Below, one piece after another: positions 14,957-28,745 of a stretch of 64,000 nucleotides of DNA. The notes beneath the pieces were generated by a model. The model worked only from the letters and a program-made list of their open reading frames with translations, was not told the DNA's origin and did no database searches. Numbering within the stretch: position 1 is the stretch's first letter; each line of letters starts with the position of its first letter. Origin of the DNA: Lingula anatina (taxonomy: Eukaryota; Animalia; Brachiopoda). Where the stretch lies: positions 8,680,001 through 8,744,000 of the forward strand of contig CM120645.1 of the NCBI GenBank assembly GCA_051362555.1, read 5' to 3'. A program made the position numbers and the translations under genes.

Positions 14957-16866
14957 AGATGATAAAGCTTACGTATTAAACATATTGCTCACAAAATATT
15001 ACCTGATTGGTTGAGGTCAGCTGAAAAGCTGATGATATGAATATATAGATTTGGATTGAATAAAAAAAGCACTTGACTGACAAAGTCAATTGCCCTGTAA
15101 ATTTTAACAACATGTGTTATTACCCATCCCAAAAAATCATCAGCACAATATAAAAATGTAAAATTTTTGGTTTACTTTAAGTTCAGTAATATCTAAAATG
15201 TTCAGTCATAGAAAAAATCTTGAAAATCAAAATATTAGAAAATATTGATAAGCAATATTTATATGTTATTACCATGATAATTAAAAGAAAACAATAGATA
15301 CTGTAGCATGAAACTTGTCCCTATAAAAACGGTGTTTCTTTCCCCTCATTAGGCAACATTTTAAGTTAATAAAAAAATGTATTGACATCAAAGATATCCA
15401 TCATTTCCAATTCAGGTTCATCCAATTTTAAATTGGGTCCTTTCACAATATGAAAATTTAAAGAAAAATTGATTGTTTTCTGAAAGACACAGATGATGAT
15501 CATGATCTACCAGAAGCTAGTCTAATCCACTCAAAAAACTCCAGAAATTCACCAGATAGCAGTCTAAATCCTCCAGAAGACAGTCCTAGTCCACCTGTAA
15601 TGTAATCTTCAGTGCATCTGTTAAGCTACTCTGCAGTGCAATGGCAGTAATAAGTAGGTGTGTAATAATTATGTAGACCTGCTGTTATCTTGTACAGCTC
15701 AGTCAAGTGCTTGCTGATGGCTCTATGAGACTTTGGGACAGATGTAGAGACCTTACCTGAAAGTCTGGCATGAGATGAATGGAAATGGGCTTTATTAACT
15801 ATAATGCTGTTGATCTGGGGAGAGTGGCATGACCTTTAGTGTCATGAATTGTAGACCGAAAGTTGGTCTTAATTTTTCGACTGAAATTTTAGTCAACTTT
15901 AATGCAGGGTAAATGGATAGTAGTCAAAACTCCAAACCATGATAAAATATATGACCAGATTTTAATATCTGGTCATATGATATCTTTACCTGATGGCATG
16001 GAATGATGGAACTGAGTCATTGCCTGGTCTAAGTTAGTCGCCTTTGTGAACAGTCCCATATTGGCTCTGCATAAATACATAATTAACTGTGGTAGTGATT
16101 ACAATGTGTGAGGTTAAACAGGTGCAGGCTGTCCATCCATTATAATGTTACTTACCTGGTGGACTCTTGCATCCTCTGTTTGCACTTAAAGCCACCCACA
16201 GCAGTGAAGGTTCAAGGACCCAGAGGAATAGAATATTGATATATTTTTATGTGCATTTATTTATTATTAACTGGATAAAAAGATGCAGTATTGTCAACCG
16301 AGGAATAATTCACAACTGACTCATCATCAGAATTTTAAGATTGTTCATGGAATTTGTACAAGTGTTAAAGGTTCTAAGCATAAGGTAATACTCACTGAAT
16401 GGGAGATTTTGATTTTCTGAAATATTGCCCTATTTTTGATGATTTAATGTATGCTGGTGCTCGAAGTTCAATTTTTCATTGAAAAAAAAAATGCGTGAAA
16501 TTTTGTGTGTATAGTGTAAAGAGCATGTTAGACTTTCCTTGAAATATATTTGTCAAATTTTATTTTCACATCATCAAAAGAGTTAAACATAGAGGACTTT
16601 CACCTTATAGAAAATATTCATGAAACATCTCATTTTGCTTCACATGTGGTGAAGTCATGTTTTTTATTTGTTCAGCTCTTCATGAATGAATCATTTCCAG
16701 GAATGGGATCGACTGCTATTATTCATCTTCCATAGAATGATACTGTTTCAGCTATATTGCCAGGAATCTATTGTAGGCTGTCTAGAGATTCCATATTTCA
16801 ACTTTACATGTAGTAGAATTGTACTGTACTTTAAGTAAGATAAGACTTGTTATTGTTTTTTTACAG

Positions 16867-18905
16867 TCCCAGAGAGACGAAAATTTGAAGAAACTGGCCG
16901 ACATGCAGAGCAAGTCAGACCCAGGTAAAGTAGTGTTGTATGTATATTGTATCTTTACTGTATGCACTGTATGTATGTGTAATAGAAAGTGTGTCATTGC
17001 TTTGTATTGTATCTCTACTGTATTCATATTCAATTTCGCTGTTGTATATGTATTGTGTCATATTTACTGTATGTAGCTTTAGTCAGTGTGATGTTGAATG
17101 TGTATTACATCTTTACTGTATTCATATTCAGTTCCAGTGAATGATATGCTGTATGTATATTGTACCTGCTATGTATGTACTGTGTATTTGTGTTTGCTTT
17201 GTATTGTATCTGTACTGTGCTCATATTCAGCATTAGTCAATGTGATATACTGTATGTGTTTTGTATCTGTGCTGCATATGTACTATATTTATGTATGTGT
17301 AATAGTCACTGCAAGTGTGGCATTGCTTTTGTATTTCATCTGTATTTTGTTCATATTCCATTTCAGTAAATGATATGCTGTGTGTATAATGTACATGGAC
17401 AGATATTATATATGTATATATATATACGTGTCCTGTATTTGTACTGTATGCATAGGCATGGACATTATATACAATTCCAGTTAGTGCAACATTGTATTTG
17501 TATTGCATCCCTATTGTATGATAATACTCTCTCAAAAAGCAGGCCATTGTATTCAAGCTGCACCTGTGTTTTATGTTGATTCTCTGTGTTCTCTGGGTGG
17601 TTTTAACAACATTACAATATCAGAATCTATGTTTATAATTATTACTCTGACTGTATGTAGAATTACCAATTCCTACCAATGTGATGTGAACAAGTCTTTT
17701 AAGATTTTTAGATTAAAAATTTAGCTTGGGATGGAAATAGTCCAAAATGAGCCTATTTAGTAAAAAATGGTCTGGTTATTACTGAAAAATGATACTCATT
17801 TTGGTGCAATCACAACAGATAAAATCACCATGGCTCCCTAATGTAAACATTAAGTGGCGACAGGATAGTTTTTACCACTGTTTATTGCCAAAAAAGAAAC
17901 TTGTGATGGGAACATCAACTCTGATACAATCTTTGTAACCTTAGAATGTATTTGAAAGTAAATATAAATAGGAGTATGAATGACTTTTAAAAAATCACGT
18001 GCATGCATAAATGTACACATAGAGGCATATACAAGCCCACAAATAAATGTACATGCAATTACCCACACACATGCACGCACACTTGTATATATGCAGGTGC
18101 ACACACAACCACACACGTACACACATGCACAGGTACAAACATATACACAAAGATACACACACGTATTAAAAATACATGTACAAGAGTATGTATTCAAGCA
18201 CACAAACGTACAGGTACACACCATGCACATACAAAGGTATGCATACAAGCACACACACAAATGCATGCATGCAAACATTATCTTATACACACTCATGTCT
18301 TTACCCTTATGACAGGTACAAGAGGTAGCTATGCTGCTACTGAATACAAAATGTCGTGTAACAATGCTACACTGTATATTTGTTGTGACAACATAACCCC
18401 ACAACCCGTGTGCCAGTAGTGCAAAAATATCTATCACTCGCTACGCCCTGAAAACATTCTGCCACTTACTACACACAATGTCAGTTCGACATGCAATTGC
18501 TAGCATGTTTTACCCATTTGTTGACATTATGAGCCAGCTCATGAAGGACTTAAAATCTTGGGAGAAATTGAGTTTTGAATTGGCCTGGGGCCTAAAGACA
18601 ACTGGACTGAGATAGATGTTAATGTTGACCTGTGCTTGAGCCGAGCTATTAATGGCATTAATGACATTTGATCATGATGCCAATCTGTCTGGGTCATTGC
18701 TGTCCATTGTTTTGTCTAAACTTAGACTGTTTCTTTAAAGAGATTTTATTGGTACATTACCATAACTGTTATTTTCCATACTGTTTTAGATTAAAGGTAT
18801 GCTATGGGATCCTTGTTGTTGAAAAGGTCTCATAGTCCTATCTTTATCTCCAATATCATGGAAAGGCTGGCATTGATTTGGTAATAATTTGATTATTTGG
18901 ACTTA

Positions 18906-18961
<56 letters not shown>

Positions 18962-21900
18962 GTACTTTTGCCATATCTCATTTTTATTCTGTTTCATTCT
19001 TGTTTTATTTATACATATTAACTAAAGAGATGATGCTTTGTTTTTCAGTTGTTTCCATCCCTAGACCTCGTACAAATTTAATATGCCGTCCAAGATTCAG
19101 TAAGAGGTTTTGTTTGTTTTTAAGCTCTGCATGGTCTTCATATGTTGTGCTTTGGATATTAATTGGAGCATGCATGTTTTGAAATATTTATTGTTTTTTA
19201 ATCACCATGTATGATATTGTTTTCAGCATATTTAATGCCTGTATGGTTTAAAGCATTGCATTTATTATACTATCACTTTGCATTTTGATAAATGGAGAAT
19301 TTAAGTGAATTATGTGGATAGTAGTTTCTGGTAAAAAAAGCAAACTTTAAGGAGCCCCTGATCAGACTAAAATACAATACAAAAGAAAGGAAAAAATGTA
19401 ATTTTGCAACAATATGGAAAACAGAATGAAAGTCTTATCATTTGCCACCTTTTAAATATAGCCAGACATTTAGTAAATAATCAACCAAAAGTATTTTAAT
19501 AGAATATCCAAATTAAAAAAAAAAAATCTGAATTGACAAGTAGGTTGTCATGAAAATTGATTTTTCATCAATTATTTGACCCTGAAGGAGATCCATCCCA
19601 GGAAAGCAATTAGTTCACAGAGGCAGGGAAAGCTAGCTTCAAATTATCAGGATGTGACAAGTCTGTTTTATATGATCTGAAAGCCCAGTGATTAATTACT
19701 GTTATTCTGTATACCTGTAGAGAACAAAGACTTGGATATTCCAAGTGACAATTTATGTTACAACGTCTGACTCATCTTGGCATTTTAGATTCACTAATGA
19801 GGAGCTTTAATGGAGCAAGATTCCGTCTTCTGTCTGTCTGTTTGTCTGCCTGTCTGACTGTCATTTTGTCTGACTTTGTTGTGTCTAATTTTGGCATTGT
19901 TCACATATGAATATGTCAAAGTAGAAAAAAACGACATATATGCTGCTTCAGAGGTGGATGGAACAAAATTAATGATTCTAATTATGCTTTTAAAGTGTAA
20001 AATAACAGCAGCTAGTATTGCTCTGAAAATGGCGATGGGGCTGCTTAACAGAGTTACATCTCATTAATTATTTTGAATTTGTGAAATCAATAGCATGGAA
20101 AACTATACCAAACTTAAAGCTTGGCATATGGGTTTTAAGCAAAAAAATCAATAAGCAATTGGCAGAAAAGGTGAGATGTTTTAAGGTTAATATTCTGTTT
20201 AAAGGCTTGAGTAATGTTTGCACAGCATTGAGAAGCATTCTTATGTCTTCATCCATGGATAAAGTAGATGATTAATGCTGCCAGAAAGCACTTGAGAACA
20301 GAAGAAGAGAAGAAATTTGTGGTGAAATGATCACTTAGATTATTTGTTAGTCATAGGCAAAATAATAAGAAAAAAAAAACCCGCACAGCCATGCAGGTTG
20401 TGTAACAAGGCACTGCTGTGTGAAATGTTGGTGGAACATTTCTTGGAATTTGCTCGTTTTCATCATAAGAGCTAGATTTGGACATTCCTCTCAACTTCTT
20501 AAATAAAACAGGAAATTTCAAAAAGACATTTTGTATTGTTAGTAAAGCAATATTATGATATAATATTAAAATACTTAACATGGCCAGTTAATAAATTATT
20601 AATAATAACTTGTTGGGAAATTGTATAAGGGAGTAAAAACCTCTGTCGCATAATTTCATAGGAATTGTCAGAGTGGACCAGTCAAGTTAAGTGTACCCCT
20701 CAATATGAAAAAGGCCTTTAAAAGAATGCTATTCTGATTTTATGACAAGGTCAATTCTCTGCCCTGAATAATGGAAACATCTCTCAAGTACACATCTCCT
20801 GGTCTTACTATGAAGCTGAAGAAAGGATCAAATCACTGTGCAGCTGTTAATGTTTCTGGCAATCTGAGAAGTAATGCTATTGATTATCAGAAAATATACC
20901 ATTGTTATAGGTCTTCAGTAAGTAAGGATTCCTTTTTCACAGACAACACAGAGTAAGTGCTGCCGAGTTCACTGAAACAGCTGCTCTTGGATGGATTTTC
21001 AGCATGAAATCTAGAATTTCGATAAATTGTAAGGAGTTATGGTAAAGGTAAGCTACAGTGCTTATCTGAAACTGTTGGCTAGAAACATCTGAATAGTGTT
21101 GATAAAGAGGAAGTAATGATTATTGCTGAAGCTGCTACTGTATAGAATTATATATGCCTTCAGTCGAATATATTTGAATTTTGATTAATTGACCTAAGTA
21201 GGTTCTAGATCATTATGTACGATAAAGATGGAATTATTCTTATTATAAATCTTGTGCTAGAGCTTTCATTTAAAATGGAGGTCACAATGTTTCAGCTTTA
21301 TCACTGAGGTCCTCTTCAGATGAACTGAATTTAAGCTGTCACTTATGTCACATGGTGGCAATCTAAATGAATGAATCAAAAGTTTCATTTTGATAACTAG
21401 AATAAGTTTTTCATGTAAAAAATCACTGCCTGAGTATGCATTGTCTGGAGAATTCACCACTTGCCTTAGTATTGATGAGCATTACGGTAATGGATTGTGA
21501 ATTTTACAGATACTGTATTTTTACATAAATTCTTTAGATTAGAACATGCCTCTTGAGCAAATATAAAAGCAGCCTATCCTATAGTTCTGTGCTGCCTAGT
21601 AAAAGCACCTAAAATGCTACACAGAATATAATTTTTAGTGACTCTCAAATTATGTATCTGAAAGATTGAAAATTTTCCCCATTGAAAAGATCTAGCCATT
21701 ACCGTACATAAGCTCTCACACTGCCTATGAGGACAGTAAATTTAATTATTACTTAGCATGTCTAGCATTATCTTGTGTCAGCACTTTGAGAAATTGTACT
21801 TTACGACTGAAAGGGCTGTCAGAAAGCTGGGTTCTTTGTTGTATGGACTGTGGTAAGAGAAACCGATTGTTTACCATGTATTAGAGGCTGTAGGGCTGGT

Positions 21901-24900
21901 AAAAGAAGTTATTATAAACTGTGTGTATGTGTGTGTGTGTGTCATTTCCGTTCATATTAGCTAAACTCTGACAGACAATTAACTAGACAACTAGATAATT
22001 TTATGCTGTTCACAACATCTAGAGCAGAATCCACTTGGTTCAGCCCTTTGAAATGTCATCTAATACCCCGTTCACACTACGCTCAGTTATCCGGATAAGT
22101 TGCAAATTAGGTCACAATTCGAATAAATGCAGTAGTGTGAACGCAAGAGGATTTTGAAAATGCGCATTTTCAAAATCCTGCAAGCGAGGTGGATTTCTAA
22201 GCGCGATCCGGATAACTTACCGGAAACGACACCTGTACAGATCTTACTGCGCATGTGTGCAGATAAGTGCGGGTATCTATGAACGCTGGTTTATTACTTT
22301 AGCGATTGCACCAAACGTATTTGGCGGTCACCACTCACTACAACATGAGGAAACAAACTTATTTTGCCACCTTATACTTCTCAGGAATGCTGGAATGTCT
22401 TTTGAGTTGCATTTGTCGTCACAAATTTTTGTTGATATTTTAAGCTTTCCTGTGCGGCGCATGCGCGAGTGTTCAAAACAGGAAGTTAAACCTGAAATTT
22501 TCAACGTGGGATTCGGATTCGCTTAGCGAGTGTGAACGCAATACCGAATTGGATTCCTTACGAAAAATCCGAATTATAGAAATGCGCATTTTGGCAACTG
22601 TAGTGTGAACAGGGTATAAAATCTCCGTGTTAAAAGAGATTTGGCATTATCTATGCTTGGAGGATCATTTTTGTGGCATTTTTATAAGGTGTCATTATGA
22701 CAGCATATTACAAACAGGTCGTAGCCAGGGGGTTCAGAGGGTTAAAAAAAAACTCCTTTTTTGCTGGAAAAAGATCCCCTATGAGTAAAATTTTATCTAG
22801 ATAAACAGAAGTTTCATGGTAAAAGGTCCATTTTTTTCTGAAAAAAAAAAAGGAAAAAAAAACACCCTTTTGAAATTCCTGGCTATGGGCCTGACAAAAT
22901 ATTGGCAGAATTTTATCTCACCATTCTCCAAAGGATTGCGTATTATTCCACAACTCCTGGACCATTTTTGCTGGCCGAGTCAGGTTGGCCCCTTTGTGTA
23001 TGTCACATGCTAAGCCTCTACAGGCAGAATGGCTTGCATATTATTATTATTATAGAGGCTCTGAGAGAATTTATATGATATTGCAACGTAGAGATTCCAT
23101 GCATTTTGCCTTAAAGGCTAACAGAATAAATAAATCAAATGATACCTAGCATGGCATTATGTTGACAGTGCTTAGACTAAACCCTCACTTTAATTTGCAG
23201 ATAAAGGACCAAACGAACTCAGTGAGAATTGCTTTAAGTGAATTTTTATGTAGAAGATATTTTTGATTTCAGATTGATGTGTGTGCATCTTGTCACATGC
23301 ATGTCGCCATTTTGCATGTTCATGTAATATTTTGTGCGAAATGCAATTATGTTGTGATTTATAACCGAAAAATTGGTGTATATTCACTATTTCTGTGTCT
23401 TTTCAAAGTGGCATTCAATATGAACTGCAATACCAAAATGAAAAATTGTGTTTTGACATTTACATATTTGTCATTAATTGCAAGAGAAACATTAAAATTG
23501 GCACTTTCCTGTTCCATTATGATTATGAAATATTCTTTTGTGGTACAGTATATATATTGTTTTTTTTTTCCAATACAATCACATATCATTTCATTTTCAT
23601 ATTGTATAATTAAAAGTACAGTGACCATAACTTCATAAATTCCACTTAATTACGAGCCATTTTTCCTGACAAACTGATTCATTATGAGCCGAGAACGTTA
23701 TCATGAGAAATGGAGAATTCATAGCTTTGGCCTGATTTCACATGGTATTAATTATATTGCCTCCTAGAGCTTGATCTGCATATTTGCCATCTTGCTTTCA
23801 GATGAGATGAACTATTATAAGCGTATAAGTCTGGAGCCAGACTATGACGTTGATAGTGACGAGAACGGTGATGCCAGCGAGCCAGAGGGGTATCCCAGAG
23901 TTCCTGTGATGATACCGTATGAAGAGTGGGCCAAAACGGTCACCCCAGACGACGGTAAATCCCCAGCCGTGACTGTGTCATATGTGATATGTCTGAGAGT
24001 CTTTTCTAACATTTCAGCACTAATTCTCTGTCAGTGGCATGGGCATGTTCTCTGTTATCCCTGGTTTGATTTAGTTCATATATTGTAGCAACTCATAGAT
24101 ATTGCAGGCATGCTGTTTTGTCTTCAGTATTAACCAAGGATATGAAGCTTATAAGAATATTAGAATATTCTTTATTTACTAATGGTACAAGGTAATGGTG
24201 ATGTATACAACACAGATATGGAGTGAATGGAAGATTTGAGAGAGAGAGAGAATTTGCCACATTATAGTTAACAAAACATTACTATGCAAACCGATTTTAT
24301 TGTATAAGAGAGAGAGAGAGAGAGAGAGAGATAATTAACCAATGTCATGATAATTTTGCTAACCAGTATTATTACATTTACATAACATACTTAGTATAAC
24401 CAATTTTTTCTTAATTCCATGGTTTTGATTTCTTTTCATTTTCAGTTACTGTAACAGGTTTTGGTTTTCATTTCAAATTCGTAAAACTAACCACATTAAA
24501 CAAAGTACTTGTTTCACAGGTCTGTTCCTTTCTCTTTATTAACTTAAACATTGAATTATTTTCAGTTTATATGAGTATGCATGTTTTAACTTCTTAGATA
24601 TTTTGCTGGAGTAAGTGCAGTTTTCGTGACAGTCGCTTCAGTGTTCAATAAGTTGAAAAGCGCTAATATCCTGCACCCTGGGTCAACATGACAGTAACAG
24701 CTATTATAGAAAATTACTGTACAATATAACTGGAGCTGTGACACCCGGGTGAAATGATTTCATGTTTGAATTCATTTTAGTCTTGTTTTCTTTTTCTGCA
24801 TGTTACTGTATATAGTTTTTAAAAATGTCATTTCCTTGCTATTTTGTTAATACCTGTGTCTGATCAGTGATTTAAGTTTTTGGTTATGTTTAATGCATGT

Positions 24901-26527
24901 AATCATTTTGCTTGAACTGCATCAAATTAAATTTATATGTTCAAATTCATATCTACAGAAATGTTTGGAAACAAATATGTTGCTTATCACCCTATTTATA
25001 TTGGTAAATGCTGCAGGCCATATGCATTGTTTCCTTATGAGTTCTGTACCTTCGTTGAAGATTCGGTGTCAGATTTGTCGATCATACTGTTAGACGATCA
25101 TACAGCTGTTGTGTATTGGAGCACTTCTATATTAAGGGAGGTTGCACATAGTTTGCTCTTGTGCTTAATTTATTTATTTATTTTAAATTTTTAACCAATG
25201 GCAGAATCTTTGTTTGTTAAAGTGGGTACTAAATATTTATTATATAACCAATAAGTTAACATTTTTTCTTCCACATCACAGATCTACCTGATGTCCCAGA
25301 GCCAGATTACAACGATGAAGACGAGGATGCTCTAGGATTTAACGAACTTCAAATAAAAACTCTCCCCATGCCTAATGGCTCTTCTAATCAAAAGTCCAAA
25401 GATCGAGAAAAGGATGAGATGGATAGACACCACAGGAGTGTGTCGGAGCCGGGGAAACCTGTTGGCCTCATAGAGCCTAGGAAGCTGAAAAACCCATGTC
25501 TAGAGTCCAGGGATAGGATGGAGCTTCACCGAGAGCTGCTGATGAATGCGAAACGGTAAGTAATGGCATTCAACTGGTTGTCATTTCGGACATTGCCATT
25601 TGCTTAATTTATTAAATATGATGGTATTGTCTTGTGGTGCTCAGTTTTGGGAAACATTACTTCTGTATATTATTTTCATTTTATTAAATTAATAGTCTAA
25701 AGAATTTAATATACGGTAATAACTCAAGCTTTTCAACGGGGAAAAATGTGGATTTTACAGATACCACATTTTTTAATTCAAACTTTCTTCAAATTAGAAA
25801 ATTCCTATTGAGTATAACAAAGTTAAAAAAGCAGGCTACTCTATAGTTCTATTCTATGCAGTTTAAGCACCACAAATGCTATTTTGAAATATAACTTTGT
25901 GATATTATTTAATTATGTATCTGAAATTTTGATAATTTTTGCCCATTGAAAAGATTGAGTAATTACTGTAATTATTTTCATTTAAGATAATGAATTTTAT
26001 TTGTTTACAGAGGAGTAGATGTGTTAAAAAAGCCAGAACTACAGCGCGAGCTGTCAAAGAGAAGTGAATCAAGGAGGGTGAAGGAATGGGATGCTGAGAG
26101 GAAGGCAAACAGGACAAGCCTGGAGGTTCAACTGGAAAAACAGGCAGAAAAATTGAAAGAGGTACAAGATTCTGGGTGGAATTTAGGGAAAAAAAGGGAG
26201 AAAGAAGTACTTCATTTGTAAGAGCAGATAGGCAATGATAAACTCTGATACTGATTGAAAAATATTTTTCATTGAGTATTCATAATAAAATTGCATTTTT
26301 GAAGTTTGTATCTATGATTGTAGAATTTAGTATTATTTCTTGCTTTGTAGCTATTTAATTTTGATAATTTCATATTAAAAAATTCACACCTATTTTTCCA
26401 GTATGAACAAAAACAGACCAAAATTATAGAAGAAGAAGAAGCCAAGCCAGAGTTTGTCAAAGTTGGAGAAAAAATCAGGTCCAGAAGCATATCAGAAAAA
26501 CACGGGGACACTCTCCCCACCAAATGA
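16867..26527 (+). CDS. FAM107B: FAM107 family (DUF1151) protein, core exons 16867-16924, 23802-23954, 25282-25555, 26011-26161, 26402-26527
   Basis: All introns are GT-AG with consistent phases (1,1,2,0). The translation has the FAM107 hallmarks EPDY, LIEPRKLKNP, ELHRELLMNAKRG, KPELQR and C-terminal PEFVKV. TGA at 26525-26527. An in-frame ATG is also present at 16903. The A/B paralog assignment is nominal. Confidence 0.9.
16930..17530. repeat. Degenerate TG/TA-rich low-complexity tandem region
   Basis: Recurrent tgtattgtatct(t/g)tactgtattcatatt motifs. Explains the Cys/Val/Tyr-rich spurious ORFs. Confidence 0.7.
18000..18295. repeat. Degenerate (CA/TA)n low-complexity tract
   Basis: acacacatgcac/atacac repeats that produce His/Thr and Cys/Val pseudo-ORFs. 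Confidence 0.75.
18911..18957. repeat. (CT)n microsatellite
   Basis: Directly visible. Confidence 0.95.
21483..21706. mobile_element. MITE family C (TA-flanked, Tc1/mariner-pogo-like ends), copy 1
   Basis: Ends tacggtaat...attaccgta. The internal sequence (aaagcagcctatcctatagttct...tatgtatctgaaagattga...cccattgaaaagat) is shared with 25712-25970 and 41521-41766. Confidence 0.65.
22064..22616. mobile_element. PIF/Harbinger-type MITE
   Basis: TIR taccccgttcacactac / gtagtgtgaacagggta (one mismatch), TAA duplication at 22061-22063 and 22617-22619. Internal TIR-like motifs gtgtgaacgca and CpG-rich content. Confidence 0.8.
22715..22893. mobile_element. Short degenerate MITE with CAGG...CCTG ends
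   Basis: caggtcgtagccagg versus cctggctatgggcctg form an imperfect TIR, with acaaa on both flanks. Confidence 0.5.
25712..25970. mobile_element. MITE family C, copy 2 (FAM107 intron)
   Basis: tacggtaat...attactgta ends and internal similarity to 21483-21706. Confidence 0.65.
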
Positions 26528-28015
26528 TGAAGCACACTGTGTGCCATGGTTTTTATATCAACCCAAACCAGGGACCTCAAAATGATACACAGAATGAAAA
26601 ATAAATGGCGCCCACAGCCATTGTAGTGTTCAGCCATGCTTCTGCAATGTCATTGTTGTTGCTGTTGACCTGATTAAAATGTTATGTGTATCATCGTTCA
26701 ACGCCATATCGGCAGGAACTTTAACACTGAACATTGGTGCTAATATATATATATATACTGAAATATAATGGTGTTGAATACCAGATGGATATTATAAATA
26801 ACCAGCACATCTTGCATTATGGGATAGAACACTGTTGGCATCATGGAAAAATTGTTAGCATTATGGGATACACCACAAAACAGAAATCATTGTGGGAGAA
26901 CTAGAGGATACATTAAGGTAAAAGAAACTAGGGGGAAATGTGTGAATAGAATCGCAATGGATATTTTTTTTAAAGGGAGATGGGTGCATTTTTTCATCTA
27001 CGCATACCCCGCACCCCTCCTCTCTTGTAGCAAAATCCTGGATCAGCTGGTGACTATAGCATGCGGACAGCCAGAAGCAACATTGTGGCACATATAACAC
27101 AATCAGCACAATGTCACACCCAGCAGACTGGGGTACAGAACTGGCATAGTAATCACAAACCCAGGTGAGAGTCGAGCTTACGGCATGTCAGACTGACATT
27201 GAGTATCTCTCTCACAATGAAGGGGTGACATACTCAGCTGACAGCCATCTCAAAGGGACATCAGTTTGGGAAAAAAATTAAAAACAAGTGAACTCAAATG
27301 TACTTCAAAATAAAGTAAAATCACCGACACGTAGCAGTCCAGATAGCATTTGGAAATCAACATGAGGATCACATTGTGACATGACAGTTTGATATCTTGG
27401 CGATCTCTTTGAGTGGTTCAGCATAAGATTTCGTTGAAATGGTGCAGAGACTCATGTAAATTTCCAGTGAGATGAAAGTTTTGATGGAGTTGTGTCCACC
27501 TTGGCATTTGATGGGAAGAACCCTTATCTTACAATGTACTGTAATTAGCAAATGGTTGCGAATCACTGAGGTACATATTTTGGATTATCAACACCCTCAA
27601 ACGTTATGGTTTTGAACGTGGGTGATCACTGGATTGCAATTTATTGATGTTTTAAGGCATACATTGAAGAAGCTCCTAGTGATGACAAATTCAGTTTTGA
27701 GCACCAGCATCACAGTTGAAGAAATGACGTCTTCCATCAGAGACCCACCCAGTGACGTCTGCTGCAGGAAATGAACATATTTCACAGATATTCACACAGA
27801 CAAAATGCAAATGCCTTGTGTATGTGCTGATACAGCTGTACCTGTGCTGTATGCTGATTTTAACATGTAATTACTCTACAGAGGCTGCCACTGCTTTACT
27901 CCCTGTTTGCTTCCTGCATGCTTAATTGGCTGCATCTAGTACTGGGGCTCTGTTGAGGCAACTCTCTTGTCAACCTCTCAAAATGAACCAGTATAGTATC
28001 TAATTGCAACAGTTA

Positions 28016-28240
28016 GACCCCATTCCCATAGATATTAGATCGATCTATCCCTGTGGGGAGTCTCACTAGATTACTGTCAGCTTAGCCGGCTTAAGCATCT
28101 GTCCTGCCTACTAAAAGCTGTAAGGGGGTAATTAACTATGGTGCACACTCGGCTGACTGCAATTTAGCGTGAACACCCAGGGAGTTAGGTTGATCTAAAT
28201 TTAAATCTCTGGATCGATCTAAATCTCTGGGAATGCACCC
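28016..28240. mobile_element. Small PIF/Harbinger-type MITE in the probable FAM107 3' UTR
   Basis: Imperfect TIR cattcccatagatattagatcgatc / gatcgatctaaatctctgggaatg, TTA at 28013-28015 and 28241-28243. Confidence 0.65.
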
Positions 28241-28699
28241 TTAGTCATGCCACTTGATGTGACATTTACTGTATGAGCTATGTACCTGTAATTTTTGCTT
28301 GACTGATTTTTTTTTTTTTGATCAGGGATGGAGAGGAAAGGATTCAAAAGCACCCTGGGTTTAAGAATACTAAAAACTAACACATTCTATCATTTATCCT
28401 TTGTCTTTAGTGAGATAAATCAGTCTGTGCTCTGAAACGCAGGGTGTAGATATTTATGATGGACCTGAAAAGGACCTCTTTTGAAACATCTTTAATGTAA
28501 GTTATAGTTACCAATACAACTAATTTATTCTGCACTGTGGGTTCCTATGTTGATAAGGATATTTTAGCTGATGATTATTAAGGTCAGTTAAGTAGCATGT
28601 AGTTGGTGAAGGACACATCTGGAGAAGAAAATCACAGAAATTTCTTTCATTAAAAATTTTCAATGTCAGCCATTGGCAACTTTTTATGAAAATGGGGCC

Positions 28700-28745
<46 letters not shown>

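Noticed and set aside
16940-18437. Cys/His-rich ORFs up to 195 aa resembling metal-binding proteins
   Set aside because: Products of degenerate TG/CA microsatellite sequence that is open in several frames on both strands.
20771-20956. Possible additional FAM107 first exon with gtaagt donors at 20918 and 20953
   Set aside because: From the ATG at 20771 the donors fall in phase 0 and 2, but the next acceptor (23802) needs phase 1. It could only be a non-coding exon, and nothing supports that.
26525-26530. TGA-TGA at the FAM107 end as selenocysteine or readthrough
   Set aside because: Homology ends just upstream, a double stop argues for termination, and no SECIS was recognised.
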